This document shows, one piece after another, positions 25,670 through 34,067 of a stretch of 36,119 nucleotides of DNA (position 1 is the first letter of the stretch; each line of letters opens with the position of its first letter). Below the pieces are notes generated by a model. That model saw only the letters and a list, made by a program, of their open reading frames with translations, did no database searches and had not been told where the DNA came from. Location: IMG/VR virus record IMGVR_UViG_3300032257_000061, positions 1 to 36,119 of that record; one strand, written 5' to 3'. Source of the DNA: a virus (taxonomy: Duplodnaviria; Caudoviricetes). The position numbers and the translations under genes were made by a program.

Positions 25670-27413
25670 TTTCAGCCCCTATAATATCACCATTCTCATC
25701 ACGCTGGATACTGATAGACTTACCGCCCTCTTGTATCGTTGTGCCTTCTACGGTGATCTGAGGCGCTTCTACGTTGATTTGCGCGGCCTCTACCGTAACA
25801 CTAGGTGGCGACACTTCTACATTTACCATGTTTTCAGGGAAAGCAATCAATCCCTCTGGAACCTGAATATTAAACACAGGGGCTTCAATCGTTATATTAG
25901 GCGCTATTGGTTCAGCGGTCATAAGCTCGCCTTGAACGGGTGCCGCTGTTAGCTTTTCTAATATAGATATTAATGCCTGACTTTCTACCGCCTGTCCTTG
26001 TGGCTGTAATGTAGCGTTATTAATAGGCTCTAAATTAAAGCCTCGTGTATCATCACCGCCTTCATCATCATCTTCATCAGTCCAGCCAGCACGGTTAAGC
26101 GCATTATTCAAAGCATCGCTTGAAATATCGCCTCGATCTGCTAATTGAATCAACGCCATGACCTGCTGCGCATCTAAAGTCTTATCATAGAACTCAGTGT
26201 TAATAGATATTGATACTTCGCCATCGCCGCCCATGAATCTAATCGCCCATTCACAAGCCTTTGTAAGCCCGTCTTTTACATTCATTACAATCAGACTAAG
26301 CTTTGAATTTTGACCGCCAAAACGAATACGGGCCGCTTCTGCTGTTTCGTTTCCGCTTGAGTCTTGAATGATTCGAGCGCCTGTTTTAATAAGCTGATCT
26401 TCTTTTAGCTCCATACCTTTTAGTGGCATTTGATTTGATTCGGCCTGCATCAACTTAGCGTCAGCATCAACAGGCAATAATAGAGCTTTAGTAGAGCCAA
26501 GCAATACACCGCCTTTTAATACTTCCTCTACCCAACTTTGACTTAATCCGCTAATTACTGGTGTAGGCTGTCCAACCATAAAGCTAGACTCCTCATAATC
26601 AGCACTATTCCGATAATGAGCTAGGTTTATCTCCGATATGTCATACAAGGGAGCTTTGTCTGTGGTTTCATCGTTGTTTTGTGCGCCAATGATAACGAAA
26701 GGAATCGCATCCCAAGTGCCACCACTGAAATCACGAGGCGAGTATTCTTCGCCCTTTGGCTTGCTATCTTCGTCATATAACTGCTGAGTGTAAACACCAT
26801 CAGTCAATCGAAGCACTCGGTATTGATCTACATCCTCCGAACCAAAGCCATCATCATCGACTTCTTCTACCATTTCATGCAATACGACTAATGAAAGCTT
26901 TTTAACGCCGTCTATAACCTCACAACGCCAATTAACAATAGACTCAAATGGGTAAGGTAATAAACTAGCCCTTAATCCACGAGCCGTAACCTCTGCTTGT
27001 GTAACACCTTCTTCTGCGTCTGGATAATCGACTAATATGCCATACTTAGCCGTCTCTAATTCATCGCCAACTATATCAACCGTTAACTGCTCAAGCGATA
27101 ACCCGCCGCCCGTTGCATTCTCTTCTAGGTACTTGATAGCGTCCGGCAGTTCATAGGCCATAGGCTTGCGGAATACCATCCCTAACATGCCTTCTTTAGT
27201 CTGTCCGGTGAAGTTAACGTAAGAAGCCCGCTTTTTATAAGCAGTGTATCTATCTTCGTTTTCTTGTGATAAGTCAGAGGCATTGGGCTTAGGCAGGTAC
27301 TTTTTGCCGCCGTCTCGTGTCTTTACTGCATCAGCGCCTTCTACGCAATCACGCACCTGTAAGACTCTAGGAAGGTATTTGATGTATTCTTTGTGCTGGT
27401 CTGAAACTGGCAT
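25662..27413 (-). CDS. Portal protein (DUF4055 family) with a C-terminal extension
   Basis: YLPKP...RY..Y..RA...N, GILVDYP, PLYDI..INLAHYRNSADYEE; follows TerL. Confidence 0.9.
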   Translation of the reverse strand: MPVSDQHKEYIKYLPRVLQVRDCVEGADAVKTRDGGKKYLPKPNASDLSQENEDRYTAYKKRASYVNFTGQTKEGMLGMVFRKPMAYELPDAIKYLEENATGGGLSLEQLTVDIVGDELETAKYGILVDYPDAEEGVTQAEVTARGLRASLLPYPFESIVNWRCEVIDGVKKLSLVVLHEMVEEVDDDGFGSEDVDQYRVLRLTDGVYTQQLYDEDSKPKGEEYSPRDFSGGTWDAIPFVIIGAQNNDETTDKAPLYDISEINLAHYRNSADYEESSFMVGQPTPVISGLSQSWVEEVLKGGVLLGSTKALLLPVDADAKLMQAESNQMPLKGMELKEDQLIKTGARIIQDSSGNETAEAARIRFGGQNSKLSLIVMNVKDGLTKACEWAIRFMGGDGEVSISINTEFYDKTLDAQQVMALIQLADRGDISSDALNNALNRAGWTDEDDDEGGDDTRGFNLEPINNATLQPQGQAVESQALISILEKLTAAPVQGELMTAEPIAPNITIEAPVFNIQVPEGLIAFPENMVNVEVSPPSVTVEAAQINVEAPQITVEGTTIQEGGKSISIQRDENGDIIGAESE

Positions 27414-27420
27414 ATTTTAT

Positions 27421-28671
27421 TTATCTCGCGAAGTTAACGGATAACTGAGCCACGGGCCTCTGTATCGGCATTTCAAACGCTATAGGATATGTCCCTGCGT
27501 CCGGTAAATGATCTAAATTGCTTTTCTTATCTGGTTCGCCGTTTTTGTCATAGGCTAATTGCTCAAGACATTTAGCAAACTCAGGGCATAAACTATCATT
27601 AATCAGCATTCTACCACTACTTAATGCCTTGTTGGTAGCTATGACGCGATCTTTAACTAGTGGGTTGCTAGGGTTCGCGTAAACCATAAAGCCTGCTTGT
27701 TCTAATAGAGTTATGTCAGATATTGAGGCATCTACTGTTTTTCTGCTTTTCCCGCTCGCATCTGGATATATTCTTATATTGTGTTCAGGCCATTTCTGCT
27801 TAACAACATCTATCATTGCTGGCGTGTCATATATTCCAGATAATTCACTTACGGCGTGCCAGTTATCATCACGCAAGACATAAATAACCGCGCTCATGTT
27901 TGTTACGTTAAAATCCATCCCTATGCGTAAAGGCTCTTTTTCTTGTATCGTCTCGCTCGATCTACATCTAACCCGATCATATGAATTAAACACCGTTCCA
28001 GATGTTAGGTTTACGAATTGGCCGTTTAGATAAGCCTCAATTAAGTTATCAGGATAAGTCTCTACAAGTGATTCTATGTAACCATTAGGTAAATTAGCGG
28101 CGTTATCATAGGTAGAGGCGTGAACTAAGCCATAGCTAGGCGTTGGATTTTCTTTAAACTGCTTATAAACAAATCTAAAGCCCTCTGGTGTTGTGGTTAC
28201 ATCAATACCATTAGCGCCTCTGTTATCACGCATCCTAGCTATGATTTTTCGCCACGAGCTTTCCGCCTTATCCATATTCAAAGTGTCAAGCTCATCGACA
28301 AGCGCATTACCTATCTTAAAACCAACTATTGATTCCGGTCTATCCATTGATCTACAAATACTTGTCCCTCTATACCTTGAGCCTGAATAAAAGCTAACTT
28401 CCTTATCAGATGTTTTAAATTGAGTCTTTAGCCCGAACCCGTGAGCCACTTCCTCGATAGTTGGGTAAAATATATCTCTGATCTGTGGGTATGTTGGCGC
28501 GAAATAGCCTTGATTTGATTTTGGGTGCTTTAGATAGTGGATACACTGCGACATACAGCCAACCCATGTTTTGCCAGTGCCATAACCTGCTACAAAAGCT
28601 CTGAACTTATGTGGCAAGCTAAGGAAATTGGCCTGCGGTATGTTTGATGATACCTCTAGGTTTTTAGGCAT
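27421..28671 (-). CDS. terL: Terminase large subunit
   Basis: Walker A AGYGTGKT, Walker B LVDE, TTTPEG, nuclease motifs IGMDFN and DHLPDA. Confidence 0.95.
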   Translation of the reverse strand: MPKNLEVSSNIPQANFLSLPHKFRAFVAGYGTGKTWVGCMSQCIHYLKHPKSNQGYFAPTYPQIRDIFYPTIEEVAHGFGLKTQFKTSDKEVSFYSGSRYRGTSICRSMDRPESIVGFKIGNALVDELDTLNMDKAESSWRKIIARMRDNRGANGIDVTTTPEGFRFVYKQFKENPTPSYGLVHASTYDNAANLPNGYIESLVETYPDNLIEAYLNGQFVNLTSGTVFNSYDRVRCRSSETIQEKEPLRIGMDFNVTNMSAVIYVLRDDNWHAVSELSGIYDTPAMIDVVKQKWPEHNIRIYPDASGKSRKTVDASISDITLLEQAGFMVYANPSNPLVKDRVIATNKALSSGRMLINDSLCPEFAKCLEQLAYDKNGEPDKKSNLDHLPDAGTYPIAFEMPIQRPVAQLSVNFAR

Positions 28672-29098
28672 CTACTGGCTTTGATGCGTCTTTAGCAATT
28701 ATTGATACGCTTATTGGGTCTGCTTCATCGTCACCAACTAAGGTTAAATTATCGCGCCATCCAAAGTTTTTAAGTGCGAATATAGGGGCTGCTGCGTTAG
28801 AGCCTCTATGCAATAATTTCTCGTATCCGTACTCAACTAACGACTTCGCTCTCTTTACAGAGTCAGAAAACCCGTCATATTTTTTATACTCGTCAATAGA
28901 TTGACGGCTTGAAAATCCGAGATATAAAGCAAGCCCTGTCCACGTTATAGGCTCACCTGTTGCTCTACAATGACGGTAATAGTTATCAACCATTTCATCA
29001 AATTCTTCGGGTGAGTCATATTTTCTTGGCCTTCCGCCTGTATTGGCTATTAATCCAATATCGCCCGCGTTTTCGTTTTCTTCTTCGTCTTGAGCCAC
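28664..29098 (-). CDS. terS: Terminase small subunit (P22 gp3-like)
   Basis: GRPRKY..PEE...Y...TWTGLALYLG...IFALKN.GW.D; immediately upstream of terL. Confidence 0.88.
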   Translation of the reverse strand: MAQDEEENENAGDIGLIANTGGRPRKYDSPEEFDEMVDNYYRHCRATGEPITWTGLALYLGFSSRQSIDEYKKYDGFSDSVKRAKSLVEYGYEKLLHRGSNAAAPIFALKNFGWRDNLTLVGDDEADPISVSIIAKDASKPVDA

Positions 29099-29146
29099 TA
29101 GCTCTAATCCAGCTACAAGCTGAACCCTCTTGATTATTTAGAGCTA

Positions 29147-29155
29147 ATTATACCA
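29147..29155 (-). promoter_or_regulatory. Extended -10 promoter upstream of the packaging/late operon
   Basis: TGGTATAAT (TGnTATAAT) about 50 nt upstream of the terS start. Confidence 0.55.
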
Positions 29156-29159
29156 TTAA

Positions 29160-29378
29160 TCAGTCCCGTGTTTCTAATTCGTTAAATATATCATCCATAT
29201 CAAGCTCTATTGTCTGCCCGTCAATGGTAACGGTTGGCGCTTTTATCATGCAAAGAGCTAATAGTGTTTGCGCGTCTATCAATTCACACGCCTTTTTACT
29301 ATCTAGCTTTACCTCTATGTCTAGCTTAAATCTAGGCTTTCTGTAGTCTGCTAGGTTAACGACATTTGACTCACTCAT
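29160..29378 (-). CDS. Hypothetical protein
   Basis: MSESNVVNLADYR start; ATGA-coupled. Confidence 0.6.
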   Translation of the reverse strand: MSESNVVNLADYRKPRFKLDIEVKLDSKKACELIDAQTLLALCMIKAPTVTIDGQTIELDMDDIFNELETRD

Positions 29379-29581
29379 AAATCACCCTTAAACGACAGAT
29401 TAAACGGTTGCCCTAAAACAATTGAAGCAGCCAAATACTTTCTATGCTTTCTTGTTGTTGCCTGCGCTAACGTCCAATAAATATGGCATTCAGTAATTAC
29501 CATTAATGGCGGTAGCTTGTATTGATCTATAACAACAGGCTTTAGCCAATCAGTAGGGATTTTAAACTTTTCTCTGCTCAT
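29375..29581 (-). CDS. Hypothetical protein
   Basis: ATGA-coupled on both sides. Confidence 0.6.
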   Translation of the reverse strand: MSREKFKIPTDWLKPVVIDQYKLPPLMVITECHIYWTLAQATTRKHRKYLAASIVLGQPFNLSFKGDL

Positions 29582-29934
29582 ATATCACCTAATAGCTCTT
29601 TATTTTCGTAAATGTTCCCGATTACTTCAAAGCTTTCATTATCTAGCATGCTCGTTTCTGTTTCAAATGCCGCATTATCAACGCTATAAAATACCGTTTC
29701 TATATTCTCGCCCCACTTAACAATATCCCCCTCACATATCTCCTTCCCGTTCTTATCCTTTAGTCCTGTGTATTGGCGCTTAGCTAATATACTATAATCC
29801 CTTAAAAGAGGACTGTCTGAAATCTCATCAAAATGATCGCCGCCTTCTATCTCTGCAAAAGTAAATGACTTAGTGAAATATGTTTCAGTCTCGCCATCTA
29901 TCCCATACACAAAATTGAATTTAATCTCTCTCAT
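29578..29934 (-). CDS. YopX-family protein
   Basis: MREIKF...QYTGLKDKNGKEI.EGDIV...EVIGNIYEN.ELL. Confidence 0.9.
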   Translation of the reverse strand: MREIKFNFVYGIDGETETYFTKSFTFAEIEGGDHFDEISDSPLLRDYSILAKRQYTGLKDKNGKEICEGDIVKWGENIETVFYSVDNAAFETETSMLDNESFEVIGNIYENKELLGDI

Positions 29935-30515
29935 TGCGACACCGCCAAAGTATTCTTAGCCATTGCCGACCGATCGTCCCTACCGTGTCGAATAAAGTTC
30001 GGCTTTCTGTAATTAAACAGGTTAAATGGGCAGCCCTTCTTTTTATCCGTTGCCCTTGCGTAGCCTTGCTGCTTAAATCCTGTTTTAGCGTCTATCATTT
30101 CAGTTTTAACGATATAGCCATCTTCTCTTAGCGTAACAAATATATTGCTAATCGTTGATTTGTTCTTATTGAAGTGATTGGCTATCTCCATTGCTGTAAA
30201 TTCGCCTTTATAATCCTGCAAGTAATTACTTACTCTGGTTGCTATGCTGCCCTCATCGGCTGGCTTATAGTCTGTTTTGCCGTTAGTCCATGTTTTAATC
30301 TGCCCGCCGCCTTGCCTTCTGCCTTTTCGATTAGTTATGCCTGATTGCTTTATATCGCCCTCCTTTTTCAATTGCGTTAGAGCCTTGCTAACGAGTAGCG
30401 TATTGCAATCAAACACCGTAGCGGCCAACTCAGGCGCGTTAAAATCGCCTTTTAGCGTCCTAACGTGGCGCTTTATCTGTACAACCATTGTTTCTTGTCT
30501 GTTAAATTTAAACAT
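29931..30515 (-). CDS. Protein with two tandem winged-helix-like repeats
   Basis: KGDFNAPELA...VSKALTQLKKEGDI and KGEFTAMEIA...ISNIFVTLREDGYI. Confidence 0.65.
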   Translation of the reverse strand: MFKFNRQETMVVQIKRHVRTLKGDFNAPELAATVFDCNTLLVSKALTQLKKEGDIKQSGITNRKGRRQGGGQIKTWTNGKTDYKPADEGSIATRVSNYLQDYKGEFTAMEIANHFNKNKSTISNIFVTLREDGYIVKTEMIDAKTGFKQQGYARATDKKKGCPFNLFNYRKPNFIRHGRDDRSAMAKNTLAVSQ

Positions 30516-31101
30516 TTTACTTTCCCTTTACTGCTTCTTTTATCTTGTCGTTTATTAGCGTAGTAACTTTTTCAAACTTATTCTTTTTGAATTTCTCAAC
30601 TGCCGTAATTGCCGCGCTTAAAGCGTCTGAGTCTTTAGCTCCCTTAGCTAACGCCGTCTTGTAAACCTGATTGTAAACATAATCTATTGCGTTCATTGCT
30701 TGTCCTTACTGTTGTTTATTGCCGATAGTTTTAATAGCATCAAATATCACCGCGCCAACTATAAAAATAGCAGCCTCTACGCTATCGCCGTTGTAAGTCG
30801 ATATAAACGCGCAAAAAACAAGCACCCAAAATCCAAACATTCTGCCTATTGGTTTAACCTTCATATCCATTCACCTATTAATTAACCTAAAAAGGGTTCC
30901 AACTTCCAAAATCTAGCTTTGTAATAATTGAAGCAGCCAATGTCAGCAAAGCCAAACTTATAGACCCAGCCATAAATACATTGACCTCATATCCCAGCAT
31001 TATAAAAAATGAAATTGGGCCACTTATCATTGTTGCTAAAAACATTTTCATATTCTCTATCTCCTAACCTATGTTTAGTATCAGCCTATAATCAAGCTAA
31101 A

Positions 31102-31269
31102 TTACCAGCGACCCATTTCTTCATCATATGCAGATTGAGCCGATTCATTAGCGCAACTTCTATATTCTCGCTGCAATTTCTGTATTTCTTTGTTGTATTC
31201 AGCCATTCCTATTTCGCCGCTTGATAACTGATCTTCAAGGTATTGTTCTTCTTGCTCAAAATCATCCAT
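31102..31269 (-). CDS. Small acidic hypothetical protein (55 aa, not in ORF track)
   Basis: MDDFEQEEQYLEDQL...EEMGRW*; AGGAG RBS. Confidence 0.6.
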   Translation of the reverse strand: MDDFEQEEQYLEDQLSSGEIGMAEYNKEIQKLQREYRSCANESAQSAYDEEMGRW

Positions 31270-31355
31270 ATCTATCTCCTATTTAATTTCTATTAACAAT
31301 AATCCTATAATCTAACTATGTATAATTGATTGTGCTTATGGGGTATTACTAGAAT

Positions 31356-32003
31356 CTATACCTGAAACATATCTATCTGTGCTGTTTCCCGCTCAAATCT
31401 ATCTAGCGCCGCTTTGTAATAATCGTAGTCTAATTCCATTCCCACAAAGTCAAAGCCGCCGTAATGTGCTGCTATTGCGCTTGAACCGCTTCCTAAGTGG
31501 GTATCTAGTATTCTATCGCCTTCTTTTGCGTAGTTGGACAATAACCAATCGTATAGCTTTACTGGCTTTTGAGTTGGGTGAATTAAATCTGCTAACGCTG
31601 CGGGTGATCTACTACCTCCATTTTTTGAATATCGGAATATTTTGGCTGCACGATTAAAGCTAGAATAAGCAAGCTCAAAATCTGAAAAATCACTGTTATC
31701 AAGTTTTTTATCCCAGCATATCCACCCCATTGAAGGCCGCATATTATATGAAAAATAATTAATGCCCCAAATTATCTGATTTTTACTAACTCTAATTAAT
31801 TCTCTGAAATACTCTTTAGTCGGTGTTTCATTATCCCATTCTTTACGCTTATGATTAGCTTCTTTTTTCCCCCTTGTTCTTGCAGCTCCACCACTTTCGC
31901 CTATACCATAAGGCGGGTCTACACAAGCAAGATCGAAATAATTATCAGGATAACGCGCCATCACGTCCATGCAATCCTCATTAAGCAATTCTATTTTTGA
32001 CAT
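31356..32003 (-). CDS. DNA methyltransferase (N6-A/N4-C, beta-class motif order)
   Basis: DPPY near the N-terminus; HPTQKP..LY; ILDTHLGSGS SAM-binding motif near the C-terminus. Confidence 0.93.
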   Translation of the reverse strand: MSKIELLNEDCMDVMARYPDNYFDLACVDPPYGIGESGGAARTRGKKEANHKRKEWDNETPTKEYFRELIRVSKNQIIWGINYFSYNMRPSMGWICWDKKLDNSDFSDFELAYSSFNRAAKIFRYSKNGGSRSPAALADLIHPTQKPVKLYDWLLSNYAKEGDRILDTHLGSGSSAIAAHYGGFDFVGMELDYDYYKAALDRFERETAQIDMFQV

Positions 32004-32452
32004 AACACCTTCTCAATATTCAAATCAGATAGATACTTCCCACGAACTAGCGTATTTATGACCTCATCCCTATAAGTTCCGCGCATACTTTCGACCCTAA
32101 AGAACATGGTTTGCTTAATGTCTGAGTTGCGCATATAGCCTATTATTTTTGCATCAAGAGCCACAAGAGCAAAAATGTCACAACTATCATCTGTATGAAA
32201 AGATTTATTTTTCTTCCCGCACCGCTTAATATTGAATGCGTAGGTATTGTTATTATTTACCCTTTGAGGCTTCTGTTTGTGGGTTCTAGTAGTTTTAACC
32301 TGAACCTTTAATAATCTATTGCCATCATCCATAACAACGTCATACGGCAATCCTTGCTCAGATGGATAGGCTATAAAACCCTTTGCTATTAAGTCTGCAC
32401 AGACAAGATATTCGCCTGCTTTGCCTATTTGCATATCACTAATTACTTCCAT
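31991..32452 (-). CDS. PD-(D/E)XK endonuclease, homing-endonuclease-like (PDDEXK_5/I-Ssp6803I type)
   Basis: G.AGEYLV.ADL...G......Q.LPYDVV.D....L.KVQVKT...DIFALV. Confidence 0.8.
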   Translation of the reverse strand: MEVISDMQIGKAGEYLVCADLIAKGFIAYPSEQGLPYDVVMDDGNRLLKVQVKTTRTHKQKPQRVNNNNTYAFNIKRCGKKNKSFHTDDSCDIFALVALDAKIIGYMRNSDIKQTMFFRVESMRGTYRDEVINTLVRGKYLSDLNIEKVLCQK

Positions 32453-32471
32453 ATCTCTATACTCGTAAGGA

Positions 32472-32570
32472 CTAAGCGCTTATTGTACCACCAACTATCG
32501 CCAGATCAAAGCTATTAGCTGGCTGGCCTTTCATGTACGCCATACAATCCATATTTAACAAATCATTCAT
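32472..32570 (-). pseudogene. Orphan 5' fragment of a DNA methyltransferase
   Basis: MNDLLNMDCMAYMKGQPANSFDLAIV|GGTISA* aligns without gaps to the MTase N-terminus (14/23 identical) and diverges exactly where DPPY should start; AAGGA RBS. Confidence 0.85.
32482..32509 (-). promoter_or_regulatory. Putative promoter for the endonuclease-MTase pair
   Basis: TTGATC-16 nt-TACAAT with TGn extension (TGGTACAAT). Confidence 0.55.
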
Positions 32571-32583
32571 TTCAATTTATCCT

Positions 32584-32973
32584 TTATCTCTTGCATTGCT
32601 TCTTTGTGTGTTTTATCGCTGGCTTTAACTGCTGAGTTAGCGCCTCTCGCTCTTCCTTAATGCCATTAACGTAACCAGCAACGCTTTTACCGTGCTTTGT
32701 TATATCGTCCCTGTAACATGAGCAGCAGCGGGTTATCCAAGATTTAAACTCAAACTGAGCATTCATAAATACCTCGTTCCCATTCTGGAAGCCGTAAGCT
32801 GGCTTTTTATCATGGCCGCTCATGCAGCCGACTTCATACTTCCCTGTTTTATTATTCAGTACGCACATAAATACTAGATCGGTATGATTTGTGCATCCAT
32901 TCTTTCCGCATACCTCGTTATATCGTGGTGCTGTCTTTGCATCAGGTCTGTTGCTTTTCTTCTTGTCATACAT
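32584..32973 (-). CDS. Hypothetical Cys-containing protein after the replication initiator
   Basis: In-frame ATG at 32973 overlaps the rep stop; several Cys pairs. Confidence 0.55.
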   Translation of the reverse strand: MYDKKKSNRPDAKTAPRYNEVCGKNGCTNHTDLVFMCVLNNKTGKYEVGCMSGHDKKPAYGFQNGNEVFMNAQFEFKSWITRCCSCYRDDITKHGKSVAGYVNGIKEEREALTQQLKPAIKHTKKQCKR

Positions 32974-33628
32974 GGTATTTGTCCTCTGCAATCTTTGTAA
33001 AATTAGTTTGATTGGTTAGCCATTCAATATCAGCTCTAAATGGGGCGCGTCCGTTAGTAGGCTGAACCCTACCCATTAAGAAATCAGATTGACTCACGTA
33101 ATCAAAGAAGTTTTCCCAGTTTGTAAGCTCTTTCATATCCTCAGTGTATCTTTGCCTTATCTGGCCTTTTCGCTTTGGTGTTAGTTTTGCAATAGTCGGT
33201 AATTCAGGAAGTGTTTTATGATATAAATCAATTATTTTCTGATACGGTACTGGGTCAGCCTTCGAAGAAGGTGACAATATCTTTTGCTCTTCATTATCAC
33301 TATCACTATCATTCTTACTATCACTATCGGCTTTTCTGGGTTCTTTAATAACCGACTGGGTTTTCTCGGTTTCACTGGCTTTAGGTCTACCACCCTTTAA
33401 CCCATTGTTTTTATTGCGATCGCAGATAGTTTTATACTTTTCGTTGTCTCGCTCAAACTGAGACTTGAAAGGAAAGAATACAAGCTTAATTACTTCGTCA
33501 GTAGTTAACTCATCATCAACTTGATAGGATTTGATTGCTTTAAATAACTTGCCAGCTTGTTCATCACTTAGGCTATCTAGTATCCCAAGTGAGTCAATAT
33601 GTAGAATAAACGACTTTCGTTTTGTCAC
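32966..33628 (-). CDS. Replication initiator-like protein (DUF6291-type N-terminus)
   Basis: KSFILH.D....L..LSDEQAG.LFKAI..Y...N..NG.KGGRP, S/D linker, C-terminal SDFLMG.....F.ADIEWL....NF.KI.E.KY. Confidence 0.8.
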   Translation of the reverse strand: MTKRKSFILHIDSLGILDSLSDEQAGKLFKAIKSYQVDDELTTDEVIKLVFFPFKSQFERDNEKYKTICDRNKNNGLKGGRPKASETEKTQSVIKEPRKADSDSKNDSDSDNEEQKILSPSSKADPVPYQKIIDLYHKTLPELPTIAKLTPKRKGQIRQRYTEDMKELTNWENFFDYVSQSDFLMGRVQPTNGRAPFRADIEWLTNQTNFTKIAEDKYHV

Positions 33629-33642
33629 TTTGTTTCTCGCAT

Positions 33643-33742
33643 AAAAAAAGCCTCTTTATTGATAGTGCTCGACCGAAGTTTTTACACTTCCACTATCATC
33701 AAAAAGGCTTTAAGTTTAATCGTCAGGGGTCGAGGCCATCCG
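33643..33742 (-). promoter_or_regulatory. Structured 5' leader of the replication gene (terminator-like stem plus pseudoknot)
   Basis: Paired segments 33647-53/33705-11, 33660-67/33691-98 and 33675-79/33686-90; 7-nt complement 33668-74/33728-34; U7 tract just upstream of the GTG. Confidence 0.6.
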
Positions 33743-33750
33743 ATAGGCTA

Positions 33751-33780
33751 ATTATACACTAAGCATCACTAAAATAGGAA
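33751..33780 (-). promoter_or_regulatory. Putative promoter for the rep leader
   Basis: TTCCTA-18 nt-TATAAT. Confidence 0.45.
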
Positions 33781-33831
33781 CACTTAGCCCGATTAAAAAA
33801 AGAGTTATTTGTGATTCGTATTTGTACATGG

Positions 33832-34059
33832 TTAGCCCCTAGCTTTAAGCATTGCGTCTGCGCATATATATGCCTGTTCAGCAGTTACGTCAAAGCCATA
33901 GACGCTCTTGCCTTTGCTTGCTAATAATCCCTGCAAAGCAGCCATAGCGAATTGATCTCTTGCCTCTAGTCTTAGATGCAGCAGCTCCATTTCTAGCTCG
34001 TTATTGACATTAAGACAATGGTTATAAGAATCTTCTAATTGTTTTTTATCCATCTTCAT
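33832..34059 (-). CDS. Conserved phage hypothetical protein
   Basis: RDQFAMAALQGLLA...A.QAY..ADAMLKAR. Confidence 0.75.
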   Translation of the reverse strand: MKMDKKQLEDSYNHCLNVNNELEMELLHLRLEARDQFAMAALQGLLASKGKSVYGFDVTAEQAYICADAMLKARG

Positions 34060-34067
34060 CCCCTTAG

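Noticed and set aside
6940-31657. Numerous + strand ORFs antisense to late and replication genes (e.g. 16985-17284, 18958-19203, 22685-22969, 31379-31657)
   Set aside because: Shadow frames of well-supported - strand genes, with no recognisable motifs.
31919-32492. Group I intron or intein interrupting the methyltransferase
   Set aside because: The interval is filled by the endonuclease ORF and a second MTase N-terminus, leaving no room for a ribozyme core. The stub ends in a stop codon, which excludes an intein.
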